In this document: positions 29,961 to 41,025 of the stretch, piece by piece
Layout of the letters: each line of letters starts with the position of its first letter
Numbering within the stretch: position 1 is the stretch's first letter
NCBI GenBank assembly: GCA_963529725.1
Contig: CAUSAW010000001.1
Span: 7,339 to 71,338 of the forward strand
Reading direction: 5' to 3'
Source: an uncultured Kingella sp.
Lineage (GTDB): Bacteria; Pseudomonadota; Gammaproteobacteria; Burkholderiales; Neisseriaceae
DNA: 64,000 nt
Program-made: the position numbers and the translations under genes
The notes under the pieces: model-generated
What the model saw: only the letters and a program-made list of their open reading frames with translations
The model's database searches: none
What the model was told of the DNA's origin: nothing

Positions 29961-30764
29961 ATGCCCATCAACCAACACACCCTTTGGCAAACCATCTGCC
30001 AAGAAGTTACCCAAGCCGCGCAATCCGAGCCGATGCTCGCCAGCTTTTTGCATCTCACCGTGTTGCGCCACGACAGCTTCGCTCGCGTGTTAGCCTTTCA
30101 TCTATCCAGCAAATTATCCAGCAGCACCATGGACGCGCGCGCGCTTTATGAAACCTTTATGCGCGTGCTAGAAAGCAGCCCCAGCATTGTGGAAGCCGCC
30201 GTTGCCGACGTTGCTGCCTGCTACGACCGCGACCCCGCCTGCGACCAATATTGCCTGCCTCTGCTCTATTTCAAAGGCTATCACGCCATCCAATCGCACC
30301 GCATCAACCATTGGCTGTGGAACAACAATCGCCAAACCCTTGCCTATTTTCTGCAAAACCGCGCCAGCGAAGTATTTGGCGTGGATATTCACCCCGCCGC
30401 CGTATTCGGGCATGGCATTATGTTTGACCACGGCACAGGCATCGTTATCGGCGAAACCGCCGTATTGGGCAACGATATTTCCTTGCTACACGGCGTAACG
30501 CTGGGCGGCTCGGGCAAACAAAGCGGCGACCGCCATCCCAAAGTGGGCGACGGCGTGATGATTGGCGCAAACGCTTCCATACTCGGCAACATCCGTATCG
30601 GGCATTGCGCCAAAATCGGCGCGGGCAGCGTGGTCATCCGCGATGTGGACGCGCAAACCACCGTGGTTGGCGTGCCAGCTAAAGCCGTTGGCGCATCACA
30701 CAACATCCCCGCCGAAGAAATGGAACAATCGTTTAATACCGACGGCTATACCTTCATCATATAG
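29961..30764 (+). CDS. cysE: Serine O-acetyltransferase
   Basis: DRDPAC, GVDIHPAA, DHGTGIVIGETA, GDRHPK hexapeptide repeats. Confidence 0.96.
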   Translation: MPINQHTLWQTICQEVTQAAQSEPMLASFLHLTVLRHDSFARVLAFHLSSKLSSSTMDARALYETFMRVLESSPSIVEAAVADVAACYDRDPACDQYCLPLLYFKGYHAIQSHRINHWLWNNNRQTLAYFLQNRASEVFGVDIHPAAVFGHGIMFDHGTGIVIGETAVLGNDISLLHGVTLGGSGKQSGDRHPKVGDGVMIGANASILGNIRIGHCAKIGAGSVVIRDVDAQTTVVGVPAKAVGASHNIPAEEMEQSFNTDGYTFII

Positions 30765-30904
30765 ACATCATATAGGCAGCCTGAAAACGCCTTGGCGCGT
30801 TTGTTGCCACGCAAAGGCAGCCTGAAACCTGCCGTTTTCGCTTTTCAGGCTGCCCAAATGCTATAATCGCCGCCCTTTCAAGCCATACGAGAAAAACACA
30901 AACC

Positions 30905-31810
30905 ATGTGGTTCAAACAACTCAATTTCTACCCCATCAATCTTGAAACCCTGCCCGATTTAGACACGCTCACCGCCAAACTCAGCGAAGCCGAATTCGCC
31001 CCGATTACAGGGCTGGATTGGTTTAGCGAAGGCTTTACCGCACCGCAAAGTTTCAGCCCAGAATTGGTTTTCCCTGCCGATTTCACTTGGTCTATCGCGC
31101 TGAAAAAAGCCGAAAAAGTGCTGCCTGCCAGCGTGATCCGCGAGATTTTGGACGACAAAGTTGCCGAAATCCAAGCCAACGAAGCGCGCAACATCGGGCG
31201 CAAAGAAAAGCAAGAGCTTAAAGAACAAATCACCGACGACCTGCTCCCCCGCGCGTTCACCCGCAGCAGCCGCACCCAAGCCATTTGCGACACCAAACAC
31301 GGCTATTTGCTGATTAACAACGCCAATGCCAACAAAGCCGAAAATCTACTCAGCAAACTGCGCGAAGCACTCGGCGGCTTGGAAGCGCGCTTGCCACAAA
31401 CCCAACAATCGCCCAGCAGCCTGATGACCGAATGGCTGCTGCAAGGCGCTTGCCAAGGCGGCTTTGAGCTGGACGACAATTGCGAAATCAAAGGCAGCGG
31501 CGATGTTGCGCCTGTTATCAAAATCGCCAAGCAAGATTTAACCGCGCCTGAAGTGGTGCAGCATTTAAAAGACGGCAAAACCGTAACCCAGCTGGGCTTG
31601 GTGTGGCGCGAGCAAATCGCCTTTGTGCTGGATGCCAACTTTGCCCTTAAACGCATTCAATATTTGGATGTATTGCAAGAAGAAGCCGAACAACACAGCG
31701 ATGATGCCGCCAGCCTTGCCTTTGCCAGCCAAATTTTGATGGCGGAAAGCATCAGCAATTTAATCAGCGAATTGGTGGGCTATTTGGGCGGCTGGCAAAA
31801 GCAAGCCTAA
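30905..31810 (+). CDS. rdgC: Recombination-associated protein RdgC
   Basis: MWFKQL, EKVLPASV, DLLPRAF. Confidence 0.93.
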   Translation: MWFKQLNFYPINLETLPDLDTLTAKLSEAEFAPITGLDWFSEGFTAPQSFSPELVFPADFTWSIALKKAEKVLPASVIREILDDKVAEIQANEARNIGRKEKQELKEQITDDLLPRAFTRSSRTQAICDTKHGYLLINNANANKAENLLSKLREALGGLEARLPQTQQSPSSLMTEWLLQGACQGGFELDDNCEIKGSGDVAPVIKIAKQDLTAPEVVQHLKDGKTVTQLGLVWREQIAFVLDANFALKRIQYLDVLQEEAEQHSDDAASLAFASQILMAESISNLISELVGYLGGWQKQA

Positions 31811-31897
31811 CAGGGTTTCAGGCTGCCCCTGTTGTTCCAAAGGCAGCCTGAAAATACTACAATCGCCCATGTTCAAACAATCAACTAGGAGCAAAAA

Positions 31898-32464
31898 ATG
31901 TCCATCAAATCAGACAAATGGATACGCCGCATGGCGGAACAACACGGCATGATAGACCCGTTTGAGCCACGCCAAATCAAAGAAGCCAATGGGCAAAAAA
32001 TCATTTCCTACGGCACGTCCAGCTATGGCTACGACATCCGTTGCGCCAACGAATTTAAAATTTTCACCAACATCAACAGCACCATTGTTGACCCGAAAAA
32101 TTTTGACCCGAAAAATTTTGTTACCGTGGAAGACGACTGCTGCATTATTCCGCCCAACTCGTTTGCTCTCGCGCGCACGGTGGAATATTTCCGCATTCCG
32201 CGCAATGTGCTTACCGTGTGCTTGGGCAAATCCACCTACGCCCGCTGCGGCATCATCGTGAACGTAACCCCATTTGAGCCCGAATGGGAAGGCTACGTTA
32301 CGCTGGAATTTTCCAACACTACACCACTGCCCGCCAAAATTTACGCAGGCGAAGGCGTGGCGCAGGTGTTGTTTTTTGAAAGCGATGAAATGTGCGAAAC
32401 GTCTTATAAAGACCGCAATGGCAAATATATGGGGCAAACGGGGGTTACGTTGCCCAAGGCATGA
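31898..32464 (+). CDS. dcd: dCTP deaminase
   Basis: [33 protein letters not shown]. Confidence 0.96.
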   Translation: MSIKSDKWIRRMAEQHGMIDPFEPRQIKEANGQKIISYGTSSYGYDIRCANEFKIFTNINSTIVDPKNFDPKNFVTVEDDCCIIPPNSFALARTVEYFRIPRNVLTVCLGKSTYARCGIIVNVTPFEPEWEGYVTLEFSNTTPLPAKIYAGEGVAQVLFFESDEMCETSYKDRNGKYMGQTGVTLPKA

Positions 32465-32581
32465 TGCGCTTGCGTTGAGGCAGCCCGAAAACATTTTTAA
32501 CTGCCATTTAGCCTCGTTCATCTGTTTTCAGGCTGCCTCATCTTTGCCACCCCATCCACCCACAAAGGCAGCCTGAAAACC

Positions 32582-33205
32582 ATGTCCAAACCCCAAGACG
32601 CATACACCGCCCTTATCCAAGCCCTACGCATATTCCCCAATGTGGGCGTGAAAACCGCGCAACGCATGGCGCACACCCTGTTGCAACAAAACCGCGATGG
32701 CGCAGTCGAACTGCTTGCCGCGCTGGATAATGCCTTGCAGCAAGTGGGCAACTGCCGCCATTGCAACACCTTTTGCGAGGGCGAAGAATGCACCATCTGC
32801 GCCGATGAACAGCGCGACAAAACCCGCCTGATGATTGTGCATATGCCCGCCGATGTTGCCGCCATGGAAGCCGCCCATTGCCACGACGGCTTGTATTTCG
32901 TGCTGATGGGCAGCGTGAACCCCACGCAAAACATGGATTTAAGCCATGTTGCGCTGGAAAAACTGATAGAACGCTTGGCAAACAGCCCCGTGCAAGAAAT
33001 CATCATCGCCACCTCGTTCACCGCCGAAGGCGACGCCACCGCTTATGTGCTCACCGAGTTACTCAAAGAACAACCCTATAAAATCAGCCGCTTGGCACGC
33101 GGTATGCCACTGGGCAGCGAGCTGGAATATGTGGACGCAGGCACGCTCACCCAAGCGGTTTACGAGCGGCAGCTATTGCAAGAAAAAAAGGACGCATCAT
33201 GCTAA
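32582..33205 (+). CDS. recR: Recombination mediator RecR
   Basis: HhH (PNVGVKTAQR), C4 Zn finger, Toprim EGDATA, GSELEYVD. Confidence 0.93.
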   Translation: MSKPQDAYTALIQALRIFPNVGVKTAQRMAHTLLQQNRDGAVELLAALDNALQQVGNCRHCNTFCEGEECTICADEQRDKTRLMIVHMPADVAAMEAAHCHDGLYFVLMGSVNPTQNMDLSHVALEKLIERLANSPVQEIIIATSFTAEGDATAYVLTELLKEQPYKISRLARGMPLGSELEYVDAGTLTQAVYERQLLQEKKDASC

Positions 33206-33843
33206 CTTGGCTACTGATCTTGCTGATTCAATTTATCTTCCCCACGTTTGGCATCTCATCCGCCCACGCCCAAAGCAACAGCGCCGCCCTTTTTCAGGCT
33301 GCATCCGCCCCAGCCGCATCCGCCCCAGTCCAAAGGCAGCCTGAAAAACCACAATGGATACTGCGCGACAAACAAGCATTGCGCCGCGCCCAACAAGCGC
33401 TCAGCCAGCTTCCCGAATTGCAAGGCGCGCCCATCCAAATCTACGAACAAATCAACTTTTTTGACGGCACGCGCCCACGCATTGAAATAGACCTGCAAGA
33501 CCCCAAGCAGCCTGAAAACATCTTGTACTACACCTACGAGAACGGCAAATGGTCGCCCACGCCCATCAGCGAAGCGCCCAAGCCCAGCGGCAAAAACTTC
33601 GCCCGCCATCTCGTTCCCCTTGCCAAAATCGACTTTGCTCAAGCCGCCGACATCGCCCAAGCATGGCAACAAAAAGCGCAAAGCGTGAACGCCGTGGAAA
33701 CCCAAGCCTACCACATCGCCCTAATTTGGCTGCCCAAGCAACAAAAACTCATGTGGCACACCGCGCAAATAGACACCAACGGCGCACGCTATTACCTGAG
33801 CTTTCATGCCGACGGCAGCGTGTGGGAATTCAAAGAATTCTAA
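33199..33843 (+). CDS. Exported hypothetical protein
   Basis: Hydrophobic N-terminus ending AHA, ASAP low-complexity linker, host-like codon usage; overlaps the recR stop. Confidence 0.7.
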   Translation: MLTWLLILLIQFIFPTFGISSAHAQSNSAALFQAASAPAASAPVQRQPEKPQWILRDKQALRRAQQALSQLPELQGAPIQIYEQINFFDGTRPRIEIDLQDPKQPENILYYTYENGKWSPTPISEAPKPSGKNFARHLVPLAKIDFAQAADIAQAWQQKAQSVNAVETQAYHIALIWLPKQQKLMWHTAQIDTNGARYYLSFHADGSVWEFKEF

Positions 33844-33993
33844 GCAACGCCAATCGTTCAAAGGCAGCCTGAAAATAGGTTTTACGAGCTTGCGCGAAGC
33901 CAACCAAAAGCAGCCTGAAAACGCAATCCCCAACAAAACCAAACCCCATTTTCAGGCTGCCGTAAACAAAACCCTTCCCATCCAAACACCATC

Positions 33994-34716
33994 ATGACAA
34001 CACCCAACAGCCCTCGCCAACAACATCTCACTCATCTGCAAAACCAACTCGGCTACACCTTCAAAAACCCCGCCCTGTTGCAACAAGCCCTAACCCACCG
34101 CAGCTACCACGCCCAAAACAACGAGCGGCTAGAATTCATCGGCGACAGCATCCTAGATTACGCCATCGCCAAAATGCTCTACCACGCCTTCCCCAGCCTG
34201 CCCGAAGGGCATCTCTCCCCATTGCGCGCCCAGCTGGTAAAAGAAGCCACCCTAGCCGAAATCGCCCGCGAACTTCATGTTGGCAACGCCCTATATCTGG
34301 GCACAGGCGAGCTTAAAAGCGGCGGCAACGACCGCGCATCCATCCTTGCCGATGCCGTAGAAGCCCTGCTCGCCGCCATCAGCTTTGATGCCGATTTCGC
34401 CACCGCCGAAGCCACCGTGCAACGCCTATTCGCCCAGCGCATCAAACAGCTCAACACCAGCACCCAAGCCAAAGACCCCAAAACCCAACTGCAAGAAATG
34501 CTCCAAGCCCAGCGCCTGCCCCTGCCCAAATACCGCATTGAAAAACAAACAGGCGAAGGCAACACCGCCCAATTTGACGTTTCCTGCGATTTAGGACAGC
34601 TCGGCAAAATCACCTACGCCCACGCCCACAGCCGCCGCGCCGCCGAGCAAGACTGCGCCCAACAAGCCATAGAATGGCTCAACCAACAACCCCAATTTCG
34701 CAAAAACAAAAAATGA
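33994..34716 (+). CDS. rnc: Ribonuclease III
   Basis: ALTHRS, NERLEFIGDSIL, dsRBD DPKTQLQE. Confidence 0.96.
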   Translation: MTTPNSPRQQHLTHLQNQLGYTFKNPALLQQALTHRSYHAQNNERLEFIGDSILDYAIAKMLYHAFPSLPEGHLSPLRAQLVKEATLAEIARELHVGNALYLGTGELKSGGNDRASILADAVEALLAAISFDADFATAEATVQRLFAQRIKQLNTSTQAKDPKTQLQEMLQAQRLPLPKYRIEKQTGEGNTAQFDVSCDLGQLGKITYAHAHSRRAAEQDCAQQAIEWLNQQPQFRKNKK

Positions 34717-35138
34717 CTCCACTGCTCTTTCTCGGCGCCATCATCGGCGGACTATTCGGCGGCGGCTTTTTCCTATTCTGCCTATGGCTCAACGCCAAAG
34801 ATGCCCAACGCCGCTACCCCGAACTGCGCATTCCCGTTCCCACCAACGCCCAAAACGACCCCCTCTTCCACATCTGGTGCGACGCCAGCCACTATCAACA
34901 ACAGCCCGACGGCAGCTACCAAAGCACCAAACGCGGCATCCTTGCCAACAGCGGCGAAATCCACTTTGAACACAACGAAATGATTGTTTACGAAGTGATA
35001 GATCTCGGCTTCGCCCGCCGTCGTTTCGCCCTAAACGCCCCCGTTGTTCTCGCCCGCGCCATTCGCCAGCGCAAAGTGCGCCAGCTCAACAAATTGCTCA
35101 AACATTGGCAAATTAAACCTTTGGACGATGCTTTTTAA
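34713..35138 (+). CDS. Hypothetical membrane-anchored protein
   Basis: ATGA overlap with rnc; N-terminal TM helix; host-like codon usage. Confidence 0.65.
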   Translation: MTPLLFLGAIIGGLFGGGFFLFCLWLNAKDAQRRYPELRIPVPTNAQNDPLFHIWCDASHYQQQPDGSYQSTKRGILANSGEIHFEHNEMIVYEVIDLGFARRRFALNAPVVLARAIRQRKVRQLNKLLKHWQIKPLDDAF

Positions 35139-35143
35139 ATCTC

Positions 35144-35177
35144 AAACCCGTATTCGTGTTGATGCGAATACGGGTTT
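35144..35177. terminator. Long hairpin after the rnc operon
   Basis: AAACCCGTATTCG-N8-CGAATACGGGTTT; a degenerate relative follows ntrX at 17391. Confidence 0.55.
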
Positions 35178-35490
35178 GGTTTTCAGGCTGCCTTTTGTCG
35201 TCCAGCAAACGGGTTGCGCCTTTTGCGCCCGCACCCTGATTCATAACTACAAGCAACATCATCTGGATGCAGCCTGAAAACCTCAATCCCTGTTTTCAGG
35301 CTGCCTTTTGCGCTCGTTCCTTTGTTTACCCATAACCGCAAACCGCATCCCCAATGCAGCCTGAAAACACATCGCCCCCATTTCGCCAAACAACGGCTAT
35401 TGATTGTGCCGCCGCCTTTTCAGGCTGCCTTTTATGCTAAAATCGCTCGTTTTCATTTCTCCCAAAAATCATTTATTTAAGGACAAACTC

Positions 35491-36582
35491 ATGAGCTTAA
35501 AATGCGGCATCGTTGGCCTGCCCAATGTCGGCAAATCGACATTATTCAACGCATTAACCCAATCGGGCATTGAAGCGGCAAACTATCCCTTCTGCACCAT
35601 TGAGCCCAATGTTGGCATTGTGGAAGTGCCCGATCCGCGCATGGCGGAATTGGCAAAAATCGTTAATCCGCAGCGTATGCAGCCCGCGATTGTGGAATTT
35701 GTGGACATCGCAGGCTTGGTGGCGGGCGCGAGCAAGGGCGAAGGCTTGGGCAACCAGTTCCTTGCCAACATCCGCGAAACCGATGCCATTGTGAACGTGG
35801 TGCGCTGTTTTGACGACGACAACATTGTGCACGTGGCGGGTAAGGTGGATCCCATCGCCGACATTGAAACCATCGGCACCGAGCTGGCGCTGGCGGATTT
35901 GGCGAGCGTGGAAAAAGCGATTCTCCGCGAAGGCAAAAAAGCCAAATCGGGCGACAAAGACGCGCAAAAACTGGTGGCGCTGTGCGAAAAACTGCTGCCG
36001 CACTTAAACGAAGGCAAACCCATCCGCGCGCTGGGCTTGGATGCGGAAGATTTAGCCTTGCTCAAACCTTTGTTTTTATTAACCGCCAAACCCGCGATGT
36101 ATGTGGGCAACGTGGCGGAAGACGGCTTTGACAACAATCCGCATCTTGATCGCTTAAAAGAGCTCGCCGCCAAAGAAAACGCACCTGTGGTTGCCGTGTG
36201 CGCGGCGATGGAAAGCGAAATCGCCGAGTTGGCAGACGATGAAAAAGCCGAATTTCTCGCCGAAATGGGCTTGGAAGAGCCGGGCTTAAACCGCTTAATC
36301 CGCGCGGGCTACGATTTGCTCGGCTTGCAAACCTATTTCACTGCTGGCGTAAAAGAAGTGCGCGCATGGACAATCCACAAAGGCGACACCGCGCCGCAAG
36401 CCGCTGGCGTTATCCACACCGATTTTGAACGCGGCTTCATCCGCGCCCAAGTGATTGCGTATGACGACTTTATCGCGCTGGGCGGCGAAGCCAAAGCCAA
36501 AGAAGCGGGTAAAATGCGCGCCGAAGGCAAGGAATATGTGGTGCAAGATGGCGATGTGATTCATTTCTTGTTTAACGTATAA
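35491..36582 (+). CDS. ychF: Redox-regulated ribosome-binding ATPase YchF
   Basis: [37 protein letters not shown] domain. Confidence 0.97.
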   Translation: MSLKCGIVGLPNVGKSTLFNALTQSGIEAANYPFCTIEPNVGIVEVPDPRMAELAKIVNPQRMQPAIVEFVDIAGLVAGASKGEGLGNQFLANIRETDAIVNVVRCFDDDNIVHVAGKVDPIADIETIGTELALADLASVEKAILREGKKAKSGDKDAQKLVALCEKLLPHLNEGKPIRALGLDAEDLALLKPLFLLTAKPAMYVGNVAEDGFDNNPHLDRLKELAAKENAPVVAVCAAMESEIAELADDEKAEFLAEMGLEEPGLNRLIRAGYDLLGLQTYFTAGVKEVRAWTIHKGDTAPQAAGVIHTDFERGFIRAQVIAYDDFIALGGEAKAKEAGKMRAEGKEYVVQDGDVIHFLFNV

Positions 36583-36691
36583 CAAATAAGGCAGCCTGAA
36601 AACATGATACCGTTTCAGGCTGCCTCATCATATAAACCTTCACTTGGCAACGACTAACCTCTTTCTAACACCCTTTTGCAAAGGATAAACC

Positions 36692-37933
36692 ATGAACGCT
36701 TCTAATCAAACAACCGCACCGCCACGCGCGGGCAACAACAATCTTGCGCTGTCTGTGGTGGGTGCGCTGTTTTTTATGCTGGGCTTTATCACCTGCCTAA
36801 ACGACATCCTTATCCCGCATCTGAAAGCGATTTTTAACCTGAACTACACCCAAGCCATGCTGGTGCAATTTTGTTTCTTTACCGCCTATGCCGTTATGTC
36901 CATTCCCATGAGTAAGCTGGTGGAAAAAATGGGCTACAAAGCGGGCATCATCGGCGGTTTTTTAATTGCCGCCTTGGGCTGCATTTTGTTTTACCCTGCG
37001 GCGGCAAGCGCGTCGTATCCTATTTTCTTGGGCGCGTTGTTTATTTTGGCTGCGGGCATTGTGCTGCTGCAAGTGGCGGGCAATCCGTATGTAACGCTGT
37101 TGGCACCCAAAGGCAAAGAATCGATGATGCTCACGCTCATCCAAGCGTTTAACTCGTTGGCCACCACCGTTGCGCCACCCATTGGCGCGGCGTTGATTTT
37201 TGTGGACGCCACCGCTAGCCAAGCCGAGCGCATTTCATCCGTGCAAATGCCTTATTTGGGCTTGGCGGGATTTATGATTTTGCTCTCGGTGTTGATTGGC
37301 TTGATTAAACTGCCCGATGCGCGCCAAATTGCCGCCGCACAAACCGAATCCAACCACGATGGCAAAACCAGCGTGTGGCAATACAAACACATGGTGCTGG
37401 GCACAATCGGGATTTTCTGCTATGTAGGTGCGGAAGTGGCGATTGGCTCGCTGATGGTGAACGTGTTGGAACACACCGCAGGCTTAGACCACGATAAAGC
37501 CGCAGGCTATTTGTCGGTTTACTGGGGTGGCGCGATGGTGGGACGCTTTATTGGCGCAGGCTTGATGAACAAAATCGCGCCCAATAAATATTTGGCGTTT
37601 AACGCATCGATGGCGGTGGGCTTACTGCTGCTGGCGATTGCGGCGGGCGGCGGCGCGGTAACGCAATGGGCACTGCTGCTGATTGGATTTTTCAACTCCA
37701 TCATGTTCCCGACTATTTTCTCGCTGGGCACCAAAGGCTTAGGCAAATTTACGGGCGCAGCTTCGGGCATCATTTCCACCGCCATTGTGGGCGGTGCGCT
37801 GGTTCCCGTGTTGCAAGGCTTGGTGATTGATAATGTGGGCTTGATGATTTCGTATGTGATCCCTGCCGTTTGCTATGTTTACATCGTGTTCTTCGCCACC
37901 CAAGGATACAAAGCGGATGAAACATCGGCATGA
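36692..37933 (+). CDS. gluP: Glucose/galactose MFS transporter
   Basis: LNDILIPHLK, LLQVAGNPYV, CYVGAEV, SIMFPTIF. Confidence 0.88.
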   Translation: MNASNQTTAPPRAGNNNLALSVVGALFFMLGFITCLNDILIPHLKAIFNLNYTQAMLVQFCFFTAYAVMSIPMSKLVEKMGYKAGIIGGFLIAALGCILFYPAAASASYPIFLGALFILAAGIVLLQVAGNPYVTLLAPKGKESMMLTLIQAFNSLATTVAPPIGAALIFVDATASQAERISSVQMPYLGLAGFMILLSVLIGLIKLPDARQIAAAQTESNHDGKTSVWQYKHMVLGTIGIFCYVGAEVAIGSLMVNVLEHTAGLDHDKAAGYLSVYWGGAMVGRFIGAGLMNKIAPNKYLAFNASMAVGLLLLAIAAGGGAVTQWALLLIGFFNSIMFPTIFSLGTKGLGKFTGAASGIISTAIVGGALVPVLQGLVIDNVGLMISYVIPAVCYVYIVFFATQGYKADETSA

Positions 37934-38194
37934 TTTTTAAACTGCATTTTTTGTAACGAAAAGCGCAGTTTTGTGTTTTCAGGCTGCCTATGTTTATTGC
38001 CTATATTGAGGCAGCCTGAAAACCTTAAATTGCCATTTGCTGCGCCAAACTTCGTTTCAGGCTGCCTCAACAGCCATTGCACAAAAAAGCAGCAATTTAA
38101 TTTTCCTCCTATCTTTCAACCCCCTGCCCCACTTATCCCCAAGCTATAAACACATTTAGCCTATGCCCAAGTGGGTTACTCCCCTCCAAACACC

Positions 38195-39067
38195 ATGCAC
38201 AAAATCACCTCTTTTGGCGAAGCCCTCTGGGACAACCTGCCCTCAGGCAAGTGCTTGGCGGCGCGCCCATCAACCTACTCGCCCACCTTGCCACGCTCGG
38301 CGCAGATTGCAGCGTTATCAGCCGTTGCGGCAACGATGCCGACGGAGCAGCCCTGCTCGCAGCCATCCAACGCAAACGCATCGCCACCGATTTCATCCAA
38401 ACCGACCCCCAACTCGCTACCAGCCAAGTGTTGGTGCAACTGGATAACGAAGGCAGCGCGCATTACGACATTGTTTACCCCTGCGCGTGGGACGAAATCC
38501 ACGCCAGCGAAGCTGCCAAAGCGCGTGGCGCAATCGGATGTGTTTGTTTTTGGCAGCCTTGCCGTGCGCGATGCCGTGTCGCGCCAAGCGCTTGCCGAGC
38601 TGCTGCCCCACGCATCGTTCAAAATTTTTGATGTCAATCTGCGCCCGCCACACTACCAATTTGCCTATCTGCGCGACATGATGCAGCAAGCCGATTTCAT
38701 CAAGTTTAACGACGACGAGCTCTACGAAATCGCCGCCGCGCTTGGCTCGCCCTACCGCAGCATAGAGCAAAACCTGCATTTCATCGCCAAACGCACGCAC
38801 ACGCGCCAAATCTGCGTTACGCTGGGCAAGCATGGCGCATTGTATTTTTGCGATGGCGAATTGTTTGCCCACCACGGCTACCGCGTAAACGTTGCCGATA
38901 CCGTGGGCGCGGGTGACAGCTTTTTGGTGGGCTTTATCCACCAATTTTTGCAACGCAAATCGCCGCCAGAAACACTCGCTTTTGCCTGCGCGCTTGGCTC
39001 GCTGGTAGCTTCGCGGCACGGCGCAACGCCTGAGATTACGTTACGCTATCAGAGATTGATGCGTTGA
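38195..39067 (+). pseudogene. PfkB-family sugar kinase (fructokinase-like) with two compensating frameshifts
   Basis: FGEALWD in frame 1; GGAPIN...GNDADG...YPCAWD only in the -1 frame (38251 to about 38520); FDVNLR, KFNDDE, DTVGAGDSF back in frame 1. Confidence 0.8.
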
Positions 39068-39251
39068 TGCATCCGCAATAGTCCGCGCGATACGGTGAAA
39101 CGCAAAAGGCAGCCTGAAAATGTGTGATGACTTTTCAGGCTGCTTTTGTTCATCTAATCGTTTAGGCAGCCTGAAAACGCTGTTTATCCGTTTAACTTCA
39201 TTGCAGCCTTTGACTTTCAGGCTGCCTTGGTTACGCATCGGCACATCCAAT

Positions 39252-39352
39252 GGAGCGTCGGCGGCTCGCCGACATCTTGGCAACCACCGCCGCTTATGCC
39301 GATGCCTGCCCCATTGCCCCAATGCTGTTTGGCGACGAGCCGTCGCCGCTCC
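39252..39352. repeat. REP-like inverted doublet (GGAGC hairpins), copy 2
   Basis: GGAGC-GTCGGCG-GCT-CGCCGAC and inverted GGAGC-GGCGACG-GCT-CGTCGCC, both with perfect 7-bp stems. Confidence 0.7.
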
Positions 39353-39675
39353 AATTGTTGCCGTTCAGGCAGCCTGAAAACGGTGTTCATCCGTTTCAGG
39401 CTGCCACCACGCCAACCTTGTTAAACCTTATCAGCGCCGCTCCCAAGTAAACAAGCAGCCTAAACGCAAGTGAACAAACACCCGATAAGCCCAAACCCAA
39501 CGCATAACTTTCAGGCTGCCTTTGCGTTTAACGCATCCATTTCGCGTCAACGCCAAATCTTTGCGTCTCATCTTCCCCGTGCTTCAACCGCGCGTCTTAT
39601 CCATTGCCGTCCTGCCAATGCAAAGGCAGCCTGAAAACAAGTTTGCACGTTTTCAGGCTACCTTTTCCTTATCAA

Positions 39676-40713
39676 CTAGGCGATTTGTGTTTGATGCTCA
39701 TCGCCCACGCGCGTGCGGATTTTGCCCAAGCGATACACCGTTTCGCCCTGCTCGCGGAACAAACGCTCCGCCAAATCCGCATCTTCGGGCGACACAATCA
39801 CTACCATGCCGATGCCGCAGTTAAACGTGCGATACATCTCATCGCGAGCAACATTGCCCGCCTGTTGCAGCCATTGGAACAGATTGGGCAGCTGCCAAGC
39901 CTGCGCGTTAATCTGCGCCACGCAATTTTCAGGCAGCACGCGCGGCACGTTTTCGGTGATGCCGCCGCCCGTAATGTGCGCCATACCTTTAATCAACAGC
40001 TGTTCCAGCACCGCCAACACAGGTTTTACATACAGGCGCGTGGGGGCGATGATGGCTTGGCGCAGCGTGGTTTCGCCATCAAAAGGCGCATCCAGCGCGG
40101 GCTGATCGCGCTCAATAATCTTGCGGATCAGCGAATAGCCGTTGGAATGCGCGCCATTGCTCGCCAAGCCCAGCACCACATCGCCCGCAGCGATATTGCG
40201 CCCGTTGATCACGCGCTCTTTTTCCACTACGCCCACGGCAAAGCCCGCCAAATCGTATTCGCCATCGGGATACATGCTCGGCATTTCCGCCGTTTCGCCG
40301 CCAATCAAGGCACAGCCCGATTGCTCGCAGCCTGCCGCGATGCCTTTGATGACATCGGTGGCGCGGGCAACGTCTAGCTTGCCGCAGGCAAAATAATCTA
40401 GGAAAAACAAGGGCTCTGCGCCTTGCACCAAAATATCATTCACGCTCATGGCAACCAAATCAATGCCCACGGTGTCGTGTTTGTCCCATTCAAACGCGAG
40501 TTTGAGTTTTGTGCCCACGCCGTCTGTGCCGCTCACCAGCACGGGGTTTTGGTATTTTTTGCTGATTTCCACCAACGCGCCAAAGCCGCCCAAGCCGCCC
40601 AACACTTCGGGGCGCATGGTGCGTTTGGCAAAGGGTTTGATGTTTTCTACAAGTTGGTCGCCTGCGTCAATATCTACGCCTGCATCGCGGTAGCTTAGGG
40701 ATGTTTGGGTCAT
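39676..40713 (-). CDS. purM: Phosphoribosylformylglycinamidine cyclo-ligase
   Basis: [38 protein letters not shown]. Confidence 0.97.
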   Translation of the reverse strand: MTQTSLSYRDAGVDIDAGDQLVENIKPFAKRTMRPEVLGGLGGFGALVEISKKYQNPVLVSGTDGVGTKLKLAFEWDKHDTVGIDLVAMSVNDILVQGAEPLFFLDYFACGKLDVARATDVIKGIAAGCEQSGCALIGGETAEMPSMYPDGEYDLAGFAVGVVEKERVINGRNIAAGDVVLGLASNGAHSNGYSLIRKIIERDQPALDAPFDGETTLRQAIIAPTRLYVKPVLAVLEQLLIKGMAHITGGGITENVPRVLPENCVAQINAQAWQLPNLFQWLQQAGNVARDEMYRTFNCGIGMVVIVSPEDADLAERLFREQGETVYRLGKIRTRVGDEHQTQIA

Positions 40714-41025
40714 GGTGAGCTTTCTGGGTTGATTGGGGTTGATTGGAAGGAAGTAGCGAAGCCGTGCGGCTACTGGGGCGGAATTTTACGCAAGTTTACA
40801 TGGCTTGTATATGTGGGGCGGAGGTGGTGTTTTCAGGCTGCGTTACGTTTAGATTGAGTGATTGAAATAGGCGTGCGGTGATTTTTGGCTTTTCAGGCTG
40901 CCTTTGGGCGATGGGTATGTTCAATATTTCGCTGGTTACGCCAATCACTCAAAAGCAGCCTGAAAATCTGTTTACTGGGTTTTCAGGCTGCCTTACACTC
41001 CCCCCTTTTACTCGGGAGAACCAAC

